A stretch of 64,000 nt of DNA from Candidatus Bathyarchaeota archaeon. Its GTDB lineage: Archaea > Thermoproteota > Bathyarchaeia > Bathyarchaeales > Bathycorpusculaceae. The stretch's first letter is position 1; each line of letters starts with the position of its first letter. The DNA lies in NCBI GenBank assembly GCA_963775685.1, contig CAVZJV010000014.1, positions 1,024,001 through 1,088,000 of the forward strand, read 5' to 3'. A model generated the notes under the pieces. The model saw nothing but the letters and a program-made list of their open reading frames with translations, had not been told where the DNA came from and did no database searches. Below are positions 53,017 to 62,970 of the stretch, one piece after another. A program made the position numbers and the translations under genes.

Positions 53017-55677
53017 TTATGGTCTTTTTCTGAGCATTAGTAATGCTAGCACTACAAAGCCTATTATGATGACTACGATTATGGCTGCGACTGCTGGAAT
53101 AAAGTATTGGTCAGCGATAGATTGTTCAGCGGGTGGTTGTGGGGTAGCTGTCGCTGGCGCTGCTGCTGCGTAGAATGACGTCTCTGCAGATGTTCCGTAG
53201 TATGAGTTTGTGCCTGCAAATGATGCAGTGACTATGTATGAGCCCTCTATGTCTGGAGCCCAAGCATATGTGAACATACCGCTTGAGTCAGTAGTGGTTG
53301 TGCCTATGTTTCTGAAGTTTCCATTGCTATCAACAACGCCTAGTGTTACAGTGACGCCTACTGTATTGGTTGGTTTTGCCTTCTGCATATAGACGTATTC
53401 CATCCATGCACTTTGGCTCTCGTCAGAAACGCATGGTACACCATTGGGGAACCGAGCCATTGGTTCATCTTGTGTTGTTCCTGCCGATATGTCCATGACT
53501 GTGCCTCGTATTACAACGGGAGCACCGACAATTGTTGCAATGTTAGGAGCTGTGACGGCCATGGCGCTTGGTCCTTTACCTATGGAGTATACTTTCATGT
53601 CATATGCATTTAGATAGGCGATTTGTCCGTCTGCTGTTGGGAATCCATAGTCGCTGAAACCGCCAACGCAAGCCCAGCTTTTGATTTTCCAGAGTTCTTG
53701 ACCTGTGGTTGCATTGAGGCATCTTAGCATTTCATCTCTGTACAATGGTGTGTTTGGCGAGTGTTCGCTACTGTAAACGTAGACTTTGTCATCGCATATT
53801 CCGCCAATGAATATTGGGTATAATCCCCATGGAGTTTCTGCGCCGCTGTTTGTACTATTTCCTGCACCGTCGTCTCCGTATGACCAGTCAAGGTTGCCTG
53901 TTTTTGTATCATATGCTCGGATTTCGCCGCCGTATCCACCAACATAAAGTTTGTCATACGCTACATAGCCGATTTGTGCCACACCACCGCTTCCAACTGT
54001 TGGATAGTAATTGAAGGCGCGAGTATCACCTACTGGACCCCAAACTTGGTTTCCGCTGTCAAGGCTGTAACCATACCATTGCCTTGTTTCTTTTGTGCTA
54101 ACAAAGAACATACGGTTTATCGGATCGACTGTACCTAGCTGCATGGTAATGTTACCTGATGGCACTTGAATATCCTTAGTCCACAATAGTGAGCCTTGTG
54201 AGCCTTCCTTTAGGCTGACTGCCCATAACGTTGCATGTACTGTGCTGGTATCAGCTGCGATTCCACCCCAAGTGGGTTGACCAAAAGCAGAGCGAGTGTT
54301 TGCATAGCCTAGCATTAAGTCACCGTTAATAGCCCAGCCTATACCCGCATTTGTTGAAGGCATATTAGAGGGCAACGTGACGTTCCAGGAGTATGAATCG
54401 CGCAGTGTCGAGTTGTAGACGTTGTTTACTGGTCTCCATCCATTTGATGATAGTGCGTTTGCAATTCCGTTAGTCACACATTGTGTGAAGTTCCATAGTG
54501 CTAACCATTTGTTTGCAGCATTGAGTTGATAGATTAGTGGCTCTCCCATAGGTCCATAACTCATGGTTCCTGATGGAACGTTAGTAATGTTAAAGACCCA
54601 GCTTCCATCAACAGGATCAAACATCTGCCACGTTGGAACTCCGCTTACAGTTTGGGTAGCGATCAAGTATGAAATGGTACCGTGTTGGTTTGGTGTATCA
54701 ACATTTATGACTGCACCGAAAGATGGATTCACAATGTAGTCCTGCCGCCATGTTTGCTCACCGGTACGTAAATTAACGCTTATGTAGCCACCGCCTGCGC
54801 CGTTGTTGCTGTGTGGTAATCCATAGAATAGTTGGCCGTTGATTATGATTGGATTGTTGAATTTGGTTTCATATGATAAGCCTGTGTAGAATACAGTACC
54901 AGTAATTGATGTCAGTGTAGATGGAGAGTTAGGTTCCTCATAGGCGTTATATCCACCTACGATACCACCAAAAGTGATTGGGTTGCTCCACATTATGTGT
55001 GCGCTGTCTGGTGCTATGCCATCTGGGATGTATCTAACTGAGCCAAAACTGTAGGCTGCGCCCATTGGATAGACATAGTTGGACCCAATCGCATACCAAT
55101 TTGAGTTTTCTCCCTCTATTGGTCTTGTCCAGTACTCAGATGGCAAGGGGGTATTTGTTCCTGTAGAGGCGGGTTCTTCTTGGACTGTTAAAGTTGTTTG
55201 GGCTGAACTGGCTAGGTAAGTGTCGTTTACGTATTGTGAGGCGGGGTTGTAATCATAGTCGGTGTATTTTTGTCCGGGGAAGGAAAAGTTGAATGTGTAT
55301 GTACCTGTTTGGGTGGGGGTAAATGTGGTGTATGCTGAGGATGTGGAGTCGGTTACTGTATCCCAAGTGATTGTTTGCGTTGTGCCATCAGGTGCAGTAA
55401 TTAGGCATTTGTAGTTGTGGAATCTAATGTTGTTAGTAACTAATGTTCCGTCAAGTATTTTGTCTAGCCAAACTACTACGAGGCATTGCTGACCTGCACC
55501 AGCAGGGTTTGGTGAAACGTTGACAAAAGCATAGGTCGGGATTTCCCAAGCAGGAGTATGAGCGCTTGCCGTGGGAGTAGAAGTAAGCGATATAGCAGTA
55601 CTTAGTAGAAGGATTGCAGTGATCAAAGTTGCCATTGTTTTGTTTCTGGAGAATTGTTTGCTAATTATTTTATTCAT
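53017..55677 (-). CDS. PQQ-binding-like beta-propeller surface protein, intact
   Basis: Signal peptide, YWTRPI, repeated TG...W blades, WMEYVYMQ, Ig-like C-terminal domain, ADQYFIPA-TM-LMLRKRP; GGAGA SD before ATG 55677. Confidence 0.9.
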   Translation of the reverse strand: MNKIISKQFSRNKTMATLITAILLLSTAISLTSTPTASAHTPAWEIPTYAFVNVSPNPAGAGQQCLVVVWLDKILDGTLVTNNIRFHNYKCLITAPDGTTQTITWDTVTDSTSSAYTTFTPTQTGTYTFNFSFPGQKYTDYDYNPASQYVNDTYLASSAQTTLTVQEEPASTGTNTPLPSEYWTRPIEGENSNWYAIGSNYVYPMGAAYSFGSVRYIPDGIAPDSAHIMWSNPITFGGIVGGYNAYEEPNSPSTLTSITGTVFYTGLSYETKFNNPIIINGQLFYGLPHSNNGAGGGYISVNLRTGEQTWRQDYIVNPSFGAVINVDTPNQHGTISYLIATQTVSGVPTWQMFDPVDGSWVFNITNVPSGTMSYGPMGEPLIYQLNAANKWLALWNFTQCVTNGIANALSSNGWRPVNNVYNSTLRDSYSWNVTLPSNMPSTNAGIGWAINGDLMLGYANTRSAFGQPTWGGIAADTSTVHATLWAVSLKEGSQGSLLWTKDIQVPSGNITMQLGTVDPINRMFFVSTKETRQWYGYSLDSGNQVWGPVGDTRAFNYYPTVGSGGVAQIGYVAYDKLYVGGYGGEIRAYDTKTGNLDWSYGDDGAGNSTNSGAETPWGLYPIFIGGICDDKVYVYSSEHSPNTPLYRDEMLRCLNATTGQELWKIKSWACVGGFSDYGFPTADGQIAYLNAYDMKVYSIGKGPSAMAVTAPNIATIVGAPVVIRGTVMDISAGTTQDEPMARFPNGVPCVSDESQSAWMEYVYMQKAKPTNTVGVTVTLGVVDSNGNFRNIGTTTTDSSGMFTYAWAPDIEGSYIVTASFAGTNSYYGTSAETSFYAAAAPATATPQPPAEQSIADQYFIPAVAAIIVVIIIGFVVLALLMLRKRP

Positions 55678-55934
55678 TTTTTCTTCTCCTAAATTAGGTA
55701 AAATTAGTATTGTTTTGGTTTCTTTATAAATTCGACTCAACTATTGGAGTATTGGCAATCTAAAATTTTTCCCTTTTGTTGTGTAATATCGTGTTGTATT
55801 GTTTGTAATTATATTTCTACACTTTTTGTTGTTTTTCTATATTTTTGTCTGAGGGTGTCTATTGACAGAAGATAAGAGAGAGTAAGAGAAGAGTAGAGAA
55901 AAATAATTAACAAGAGAGAGAAAAAGATTAAAAT

Positions 55935-56168
55935 TTAATCTTGAATTAATTTGCTATACCGTCTTCTCTGTTCCAAGTATTCTACTAAGAAGAATATACC
56001 TTGTATTATGAAGTACAACCCAACAATCCATTGAAGCAAATCTTTGAAGACTATGACAAATATGCCGAAGACTATTGCCATCAAAGCCATTATTGGCGTG
56101 GTTACTCTAAAACTGATGTTTCCTGGCCCATTTTCATTTTTTCGAGCTATAAAATTCGCCTCAACCAT
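55935..56168 (-). CDS. Small two-TM protein (DUF3096-like)
   Basis: AIVFGIFVIVF..LL.WIVGLYFIIQG. Confidence 0.6.
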   Translation of the reverse strand: MVEANFIARKNENGPGNISFRVTTPIMALMAIVFGIFVIVFKDLLQWIVGLYFIIQGIFFLVEYLEQRRRYSKLIQD

Positions 56169-56384
56169 TGTATCTTGCAGTTCTATTTAAAACTTATCAG
56201 CTGCATGTATGAAACAACAAAATTCGAAAACCAATCAATAGAAGAATAGCACTTAGCGTCCACAGACTTTTCATTTATACAACCCCTCACTTGTTTGTTA
56301 ATTTTACTTTAAAGCCTTATTTTTTGTATTTGCTTATGATTAAAGAGTAACAGAGGGGAGACTGGTCGACCGCGTCTAACAGCT

Positions 56385-56530
56385 TTGTTGACAGTGACTG
56401 GCAGTTTGACAGACAAGAAGACAGACTGGATGACGGTGAGGGTACGCGTGCGTGAGAGAGTGAGTTTGTACGTTCGTAGTCGTATTCGTTTGAAAACGAG
56501 AGAGAAAAAAAAATCAAAATTTAATCCTAA
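56385..56530. repeat. Direct repeat B (with 52675-52813)
   Basis: Same conserved blocks in the same order. Confidence 0.75.
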
Positions 56531-56889
56531 ACCAAAATTCAGATAATTAGACTCAGCTTTGAACACAGCAATAAGATGATGCTTAAGCTTGAAGTCGCTA
56601 AAGTCGGCAAACCATAATAGAGTTAGGTGGCTCTGAATTATCAGGGTTTTTGTTTTTCGATAAGCATAACATGCACAGTTACGCCTTCTCTGGTTGCCCC
56701 AATTTCCAGTTCATGGTCACGAAGGAAGCGCAAAATCTCATGGATTTCTTTGTAGAAACCGAGCAAACTACTTAATGCTCATACACTTTGCCCTTGTAGG
56801 TTTTCCTGACGATTTAGAATCCAAGCTTCACCAAACCCAACCCTTCCTACACCGTCTTCTTGTCTGGCGGCATCCAAACTGGTTTGCCT

Positions 56890-57400
56890 TCAACTATCTC
56901 CGCTCAGTGGGCAACGGAAGGGCAAACCCAAAGCCTCAAACACGCCCTGCTCAGTTTCCCCAGCGATTGCCAAGTTGTCCTTGATTAGTCCTTCGCTGTA
57001 TTTGAGGCGCATATCCTTTGAAAACGCATGACCTGCAAGCCACATGTTATGGTCAGCTGAACCCGTGCGGATAAGCAGGTGAATCCCGAAGGTGGAGGGT
57101 TTGGCACGGTAGAAATCCACTTGAAAAAGCCCACCCTGGCATGGCACATAGGCTTTGATGACGCTGTTCCCTGCACAATTGGGTTTAGCTTTTAGTTGCT
57201 TGAGCTTATCGTTTATTTTCTGCCATTCAGCATCGCTTTTTGCTACAACAACAAAGTCAATATCGTGAATCTTGGGTTTTTGCCGTCTTATGCTTCCTGC
57301 AACTTCTAATCACACATAGAGATTCCACAGCATGATTTGACTTGAGCGGCAATTCTTTCGGCTTCTTCCAAGTCCAACTCAGGGATGATGTAGACTGCAT
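56890..57400 (-). pseudogene. Minimal family X DNA polymerase (palm/thumb only), frameshifted
   Basis: EVAGSIRR..IHDIDFVV, QVDF, LIRTGSADHN, ETEQGVFEALGLP. Confidence 0.8.
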
Positions 57401-57500
57401 CTTGGGGGAATAGTGTGGATTGTTTTTTCATCATTTTAATCACTTACAGTTGAGGTTCCTTATTAGGTTCGTCAATTGTCGGAGATCGCTAAGCTTTGTT

Positions 57501-57731
57501 TCAAGTTTTTGTAACTTTTTTTGGTGGACCCAACAGCATAGACATGACCATGGGCTCAAACACTATCGGGTTTGTCGCCATGCTGCTCTCCGAAGCGAAG
57601 ACTCTGCAAATGTCCATCAAGTCATCAAACGCCTTCCGATCCTCCTCCTTCGGCAGTGCTTTCTTGAAATCCTTCCATGTGTTAATCTCAAACTCCAAGG
57701 CAATGCGATAAGCTGGAACAGTCTTACCCAT
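57501..57731 (-). CDS. Conserved archaeal MG(R/K)T-family small protein, 3' end possibly frameshifted
   Basis: MGKTVPAYR..W..FKKAL..EDRKAFD.L. Confidence 0.65.
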   Translation of the reverse strand: MGKTVPAYRIALEFEINTWKDFKKALPKEEDRKAFDDLMDICRVFASESSMATNPIVFEPMVMSMLLGPPKKVTKT

Positions 57732-57734
57732 ATA

Positions 57735-57959
57735 TTATGTCCCAGCGCTTCTAACGTGAGTGATGTGAGATAGGACGAAGTCTTGTTTTCCGAGGGTTTT
57801 GTGGAGTAAGTCTTGGATAGCAACGTTCATGCTGCCTCTGTGGTATGGCTTAACAATTTTCTCTACAAACTCGGCAACAAGTGACGCCGAAACACCATAG
57901 AACGTCAGACCTATTGAAAGGTCTTTTTCAGTCGCAAAAACGGCTACTTTCTTTTTCAT
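57735..57959 (-). CDS. Hypothetical protein (RHH-like)
   Basis: AGGTGG SD; 3 nt from the downstream gene. Confidence 0.55.
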   Translation of the reverse strand: MKKKVAVFATEKDLSIGLTFYGVSASLVAEFVEKIVKPYHRGSMNVAIQDLLHKTLGKQDFVLSHITHVRSAGT

Positions 57960-58192
57960 ACTTAACCACCTAACCCGCCTCTATGGTTGAGCCTAATAAA
58001 AAGAAGAACGTTAAACCGTAGTTCCGGAGCAGTGGGGAGAGGGAAGTAAAAGTGAATTCCTTTTCGTCGAAAAATTTAGCGCTTATTTTGATAACTGGTT
58101 ATGGATAAGTTAACGCCTTAATTTCTAAGCCATTAACCTTTTAAACGGTAGCTGCAAAATCTTAGTTTGAATCTTTTTGTGGAAGCCACGAA

Positions 58193-58492
58193 CTATTTTA
58201 TTCTGTATACTGTCTGCAAGATTTTGCAATCATCTACGATAGGCAGAACTTCATTGAGTTCTTTGAAGGTTTTTAGAACACTTATGCCACGGGCGGTAAC
58301 TGCGTAGATTATGTTGTTTTTTCCAGCCGTTTTCTCTTCGACGAGTCCTTGCTTTTTTAGAAGGCCTAGGTACTCTGTCGTTAATTTGCATTTCATATTA
58401 GCTTTATACATGACGTGAGTCAACTTCAGAGGACCCCTTTGCGCAAGAACCTTCAAAACATCAACGTACATTTCTATGTTTGAGCGGCGCAT
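58193..58492 (-). CDS. ArnR1-like winged HTH regulator
   Basis: MRRSNIEMYVDVLKVL..LTHVMYKAN..YAVTARG. Confidence 0.85.
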   Translation of the reverse strand: MRRSNIEMYVDVLKVLAQRGPLKLTHVMYKANMKCKLTTEYLGLLKKQGLVEEKTAGKNNIIYAVTARGISVLKTFKELNEVLPIVDDCKILQTVYRIK

Positions 58493-58646
58493 ATTGACGG
58501 TCTTAACTTAAACTAAAAATAAAATTAACGCTATGTGCGTCATTTAGGGCATTCACATTAGACACTATCGCCTAAGTCATTTTTAGGGAGCCTACCTGAG
58601 GTCTGGATTTTCAGGTTAGTACCGTATGGTATGTCAACAACAAAAG

Positions 58647-58883
58647 TTAGTTGTCCTGAACTACCATCAGTGCTAGCGAGTTTTTTACACCTGCGATGGT
58701 TTTTATTCGTAGTTTGGTGATTTCTTTGAGCTTGTCGATGGAGTTGGCCTTGATTTTTATTAGAAGGTCGTAGGCGCCGTATAATGCGTGGGCTTCTTCG
58801 ACGCCATCAACTTGTCTTAAGCTTTTTAAAACTGTATCTTGGGTATTTGAATCGGTGTTTACTAAAACTACTGCTGAAATCAT
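58647..58883 (-). CDS. Stand-alone Lrp/AsnC ligand-binding-domain protein
   Basis: AVVLVN, GVEEAHALYGAYDLLIKI, IAGV. Confidence 0.85.
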   Translation of the reverse strand: MISAVVLVNTDSNTQDTVLKSLRQVDGVEEAHALYGAYDLLIKIKANSIDKLKEITKLRIKTIAGVKNSLALMVVQDN

Positions 58884-59284
58884 AGTTAATCCTCGTTATT
58901 TTGCATTTATCTTGAAAGGGCATAATTAAGATGTGTGGTTGCATAGGTGAAGCCACAAAGCGCTAACTAAAATTAGAATCAAACAAAAAAACACGCCCTA
59001 AAAGCGCAGGTCCAAAACAAAAAATTCAAAAATCAACCCCAACCTATACCCCCAGTCTACTGTAAGGATCAAAGACTACATAGAAGAATCAGCAAAACAA
59101 GCGTCAAAACTGGAACCTTGTAACGGTTTAGAGTTACCCGTTTTGTGGACAATATCGACTTAGTATCCAAATCTTGAAGCCATCTTACAATGCTTTTTTG
59201 TAGGTAGATGACCACGTAGTTTCTCTTTGGAAAGATGGCTATCTTATAAATAGCATCTAAGAATATTTGTTTTAAGGGAACTGA

Positions 59285-59992
59285 TTGCATAGCATAATCA
59301 AGATTTGGCATAATGCTAACATTAAAACTGTTGTAGCTATTTTTCTTATAGTTGGCATAGTCATTGGTTCTTACTTTGGTTTACAATTAGGTTTGAACAC
59401 TTCTGTTCCCTTCAGAGTAGTTGAAAGCGGCAGCATGAGTCTTCCTCTTAACTTCATAACTGGACCACCCTACGCTTTAAACGATTTCTTATTAACATTA
59501 GAGCACCCCTTTGACAGAACCCTCGACACAGGCGATATAATAATTATCCAAAAAATTGACCCAAAAGACTTGAATACGAATTATCCTAACAGCGATATTA
59601 TAGTTTATAAACCCCCTACGGACCCAACGGAAACTCCGATTGTCCACCGCATAGTTGAAGTACAAGAAATTAACGGAACACTTTATTTCCAAACTAAAGG
59701 CGATGGAAATCCCAGCGTAAAATATCCAGCAATCCCCTCAGAAAGCAATTGGGACTCTCATACAATCTGGCACACAGGTCAAGGAGTTACTAACGACGCT
59801 GTCGAAAGCAGAGTTGTAATGCGTATCCCATTATTTGGCTGGGTAACACTCTTTATGAAACAAAATTCTTTAGCTTTACCATTAATTATCGGAATAATAC
59901 TGTTGCTTGTGGCTCTAGAGTTTGTAGTTCCAATCTTTAGAGATAGGAAGAAAGCTCTGTCAATCAAGGCACAGGTAAATGTTAACGGTTAA
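59285..59992 (+). CDS. Archaeal signal peptidase I (S26B/Sec11-type)
   Basis: VVESGSM (Ser), GDII, PIVHRI (His), TKGD.N, IP.FG. Confidence 0.9.
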   Translation: MHSIIKIWHNANIKTVVAIFLIVGIVIGSYFGLQLGLNTSVPFRVVESGSMSLPLNFITGPPYALNDFLLTLEHPFDRTLDTGDIIIIQKIDPKDLNTNYPNSDIIVYKPPTDPTETPIVHRIVEVQEINGTLYFQTKGDGNPSVKYPAIPSESNWDSHTIWHTGQGVTNDAVESRVVMRIPLFGWVTLFMKQNSLALPLIIGIILLLVALEFVVPIFRDRKKALSIKAQVNVNG

Positions 59993-60298
59993 CCTCAAAG
60001 AAAGGAAGGGGTAGCAGATAAAAGAGTTCAGTTTTAATCTATAACCAAACGGGTCCAGGACCATTATACCCTAAGGGAGGACCCGCAGACTTAGCAACTT
60101 CTAGTCCTGAATTGCTTGTTCCCATTAAGTCACCACAGCCCAGCAACAAGACCAAAAAAACCATAAAATTTCGTAAAAAACTATTCTTTTACTAATTGAA
60201 GAAAACTCAGCAGGACCTTTACGAACCCTTGCTCTCCCCAGAGAACTCATTAGAAAATAGGGAGGCAATTTCAGTTTGGCAGAGCGCAGAGATGAAGA

Positions 60299-60430
60299 TT
60301 AGGGTTCTTTTTTCTTGATCCGTTTGTACCTTTCCTCAAGGCGCCTATCTCTTTCTTTCCTCTCAAGACTAACAAGAGGAGCCACCGCCATAGCCCCAAG
60401 ACTTCGACCGATTTTCTTAACCAAATTCAT
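60299..60430 (-). CDS. 43-aa basic hypothetical peptide
   Basis: MNLVKKIGRSLGAMAVAPLVSLERKERDRRLEERYKRIKKKEP, read by hand. Confidence 0.35.
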   Translation of the reverse strand: MNLVKKIGRSLGAMAVAPLVSLERKERDRRLEERYKRIKKKEP

Positions 60431-60691
60431 CAAATCAACACTTCCTAAACTATGATTCCCCACCCAGCGTTTAAGGTATATTACTACTTCTGATATATGT
60501 CAACCAACGAATTATCCAACCAACAAAATACAAGATACAACCCACAAAAAACAAACACCACACAACAAACAACCAAAACCACACTCAAAAACGCCCAACA
60601 TCTTTCTTCTTAACACAAAACCTCCAGCACCAAAAAACCCGAAAAACCCAACATAAAGACAAACAAACAACACAAACAAAAACAAATTTCC

Positions 60692-60835
60692 TCAAAGAAT
60701 TGTAGACTGACCCTGAACCATAAAGCGGGTTTTACATTCTCTACAAGTATAGCAAGCTAAGGCAAAGATTGCATTTTCTATTTTTCTGTCCGGATTAGAA
60801 TTCTCTGCTCCACATTTGGGGCAAACAACCATCAT
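60692..60835 (-). CDS. 47-aa zinc-ribbon protein (Cren7-like architecture)
   Basis: MMVVCPKCGAENSNPDRKIENAIFALACYTCRECKTRF, read by hand. Confidence 0.55.
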   Translation of the reverse strand: MMVVCPKCGAENSNPDRKIENAIFALACYTCRECKTRFMVQGQSTIL

Positions 60836-60853
60836 TCAGATAGCGCCCTAAAC

Positions 60854-61042
60854 CTAATGAGTAAGAGGTTGCTTTTTTGGTTCAACTACTGAGCGGTACT
60901 TGCCGCAGTACTGGTAGGGTCCATAAACGCAGGTTCTAGCTCCAGGATCATGCATCGAGCAACCCCTACGCTTTGGGCAGCCTCTGAAAAGACTACGACA
61001 TTTATCTTGCAATTTCACAAATCCAAACCCCAAAACACCCAT
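60854..61042 (-). CDS. Small Cys-rich protein
   Basis: GGAGA SD; five Cys (C..CPKRRGC..C..YCG). Confidence 0.5.
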   Translation of the reverse strand: MGVLGFGFVKLQDKCRSLFRGCPKRRGCSMHDPGARTCVYGPYQYCGKYRSVVEPKKQPLTH

Positions 61043-61054
61043 TTCTCCTTGTTT

Positions 61055-61330
61055 CTACACCCTCAAGTCGCGGTCTTTGTTGCGAAGTACTTCAGAAACA
61101 GCTTCCAATTCAGAAATTAAAGAAAAAGCCTGAGCAACCAAATTTAATTCCACGGCCTCTGTCGCTTTATGAGTTAGAGCAAAATTCGCTTTATGCTCTA
61201 GTACATGTTTTTCGATCGCGTTTCCCATAGCTACCAAATCAGGAATTAGAAGAATCTCATAACCACATTCACACTTTATAATGGGCAAATTCCGAGTCAA
61301 AGCATAGTTTAGCATTTTTTTTGAAGACAT
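61055..61330 (-). CDS. Small CECG...HxxxH putative zinc-binding protein
   Basis: IKCECGYEILLIPDLVAMGNAIEKHVLEH. Confidence 0.65.
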   Translation of the reverse strand: MSSKKMLNYALTRNLPIIKCECGYEILLIPDLVAMGNAIEKHVLEHKANFALTHKATEAVELNLVAQAFSLISELEAVSEVLRNKDRDLRV

Positions 61331-61500
61331 GAAGACATATCCAAACACAGGTATGCATTTTTGAATAAAAAGCAAGTTCAAAAAACCACAATATTAAAAA
61401 AATCGGAATATAGATGCCCAACCAAAAACCTCCAACGCTTCAACCTCTACAACACCTACAGATTACCAAAAAATAGAAAAGAGCTACAATTTACGCGCCG

Positions 61501-61904
61501 CTAACCCAGCCAAATAGTCTCCAGCAAGTTCTGGAAATGCTCCTCGCCTGTCAGAAGTCTACATTGATTTATCCTAGCAGTAACAAGACGATGGCGTCAA
61601 ATAAGCTAGAGTATTCTGCTTGAAACTTGTTGCTTTTACAACTAGTTCATTTTGACATGTTGCCGCTCCCAGAGCTATCGTTGAATCGATCTGCGCTATG
61701 ATTGAGGTCGCTGCGATGATATCTATCCATTCTATGACCTTATTCTCATCATTGCCTTCTTTTAGGAAATTTCGAGCAATCTCAGCTAACACACTGCGCG
61801 GAGTATACACTTCCTTAGCGGTTTCAAGTATTTCATCAACTTTCTTACCTTTTCGCTCCAAGCAACAACTCAACCCATGCATACGCATCAACTACGATCT
61901 TCAC
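61501..61904 (-). pseudogene. vapC: VapC PIN toxin remnant
   Basis: VKIVVDAYAWVE, VLAEI, LLTGEEHF in shifting frames. Confidence 0.7.
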
Positions 61905-62092
61905 CAGATCCACCTCAATAAATGGCTCTATTTTATTTTTTGCAACCCCAAAACCTTTCTTCAGAACAGCACTACGCCGTCTTTTAACCAATAACTAAAT
62001 CATCTCATCCATCGTTTGAGCCCTAGTTTCTCTCTGAGATTTTCAAGTGCCGCCGCTGTTTTTTTGAAAAAAATGATGGTTAAATCATTCAT
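61888..62092 (-). pseudogene. Antitoxin remnant
   Basis: KKTAAALENLREKLG..MDEMI..KIEPF..GEDRS overlapping the toxin start. Confidence 0.5.
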
Positions 62093-62578
62093 ACTAATCT
62101 CCCCAAACACCCACGCATACAAAAAACAAATATACAAATCTACAAATAAAACATTCACCAAAAACAGATCCCATAACGCAAACCCCGCAAACAAATTTCC
62201 CCAGACAAAACCACATCTTTCGAACAAACTACCCATCAGACCCCAAACCAAAACAAAATCCACCCCACTGCAAACGACTCCTCTCGGGTTTCAACCTAAA
62301 TCCCAAATTTGACAACCAAAACCCCCTAACAACAACCTAAACCACCAATTCCCAACAAAACAAGCACCAAAAAAAACCACAACAACCACAAAATCAAACA
62401 CACCAACATCGAACCTTCACATTCTGCATGTACGAAAGGTTCTTAAGGTATTGGGCATTCACATAAACGGCAATAAGGGCGAAACAAACGCCAATTCAGG
62501 TAACGACCAACCTCTACATTGGAGGAGGTCAGACCAACAAAAAAGGCTAAAAAAAGCCCGATGAAGAGGTGAAAAGGT

Positions 62579-62896
62579 ATGGAAAATATTTACGCAGCAA
62601 TGCTCCTTCACAAGGCAGGTAAAGAAATCAACGAAGATTCCGTAACTAAAGTTCTCATAGCAGCAGGCGTTACAGTTGACGAAATACAAGTCAAAGCACT
62701 CGTTGCATCACTTAGCGAAGTAAACATTGATGAAGCAATCAAAGCCGCACCAGCCATGATGGCAGCCGCACCAATCGCAGCTCCAGCAGAATCCAAACCA
62801 GCTGCAGCCGCACCAGAAGACAAGAAGAAGAAAGCTGAAGAAGAAAAAGCCAAAGAAGATGCAGCATTAGAAGGATTAGGCGCCCTATTCGGGTAA
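62579..62896 (+). CDS. rpl12: 50S ribosomal stalk protein L12 (aP1)
   Basis: YAAMLLH..GKEINE, Ala/Pro hinge, acidic tail ending GLGALFG; GAGGTGA SD. Confidence 0.97.
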   Translation: MENIYAAMLLHKAGKEINEDSVTKVLIAAGVTVDEIQVKALVASLSEVNIDEAIKAAPAMMAAAPIAAPAESKPAAAAPEDKKKKAEEEKAKEDAALEGLGALFG

Positions 62897-62970
62897 AAAA
62901 TAAGCCTTACACTTTTATTTTTAACCATTTTTCCCAAAAATATTTTATTATAATAACTAAATAACGCAAT

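Noticed and set aside
21729-55740. Diversity-generating retroelement acting on the beta-propeller paralogs
   Set aside because: No reverse transcriptase and no near-identical TR/VR pair differing only at adenines was seen.
60090-60140. Cobalamin riboswitch-like start on the minus strand (GGTG..TAATGGGAA)
   Set aside because: The remaining conserved elements are absent and there is no downstream gene to regulate.
62000-62312. ORFs on both strands in an A/C-rich tract
   Set aside because: Low-complexity artefacts; only the antitoxin remnant part is supported.
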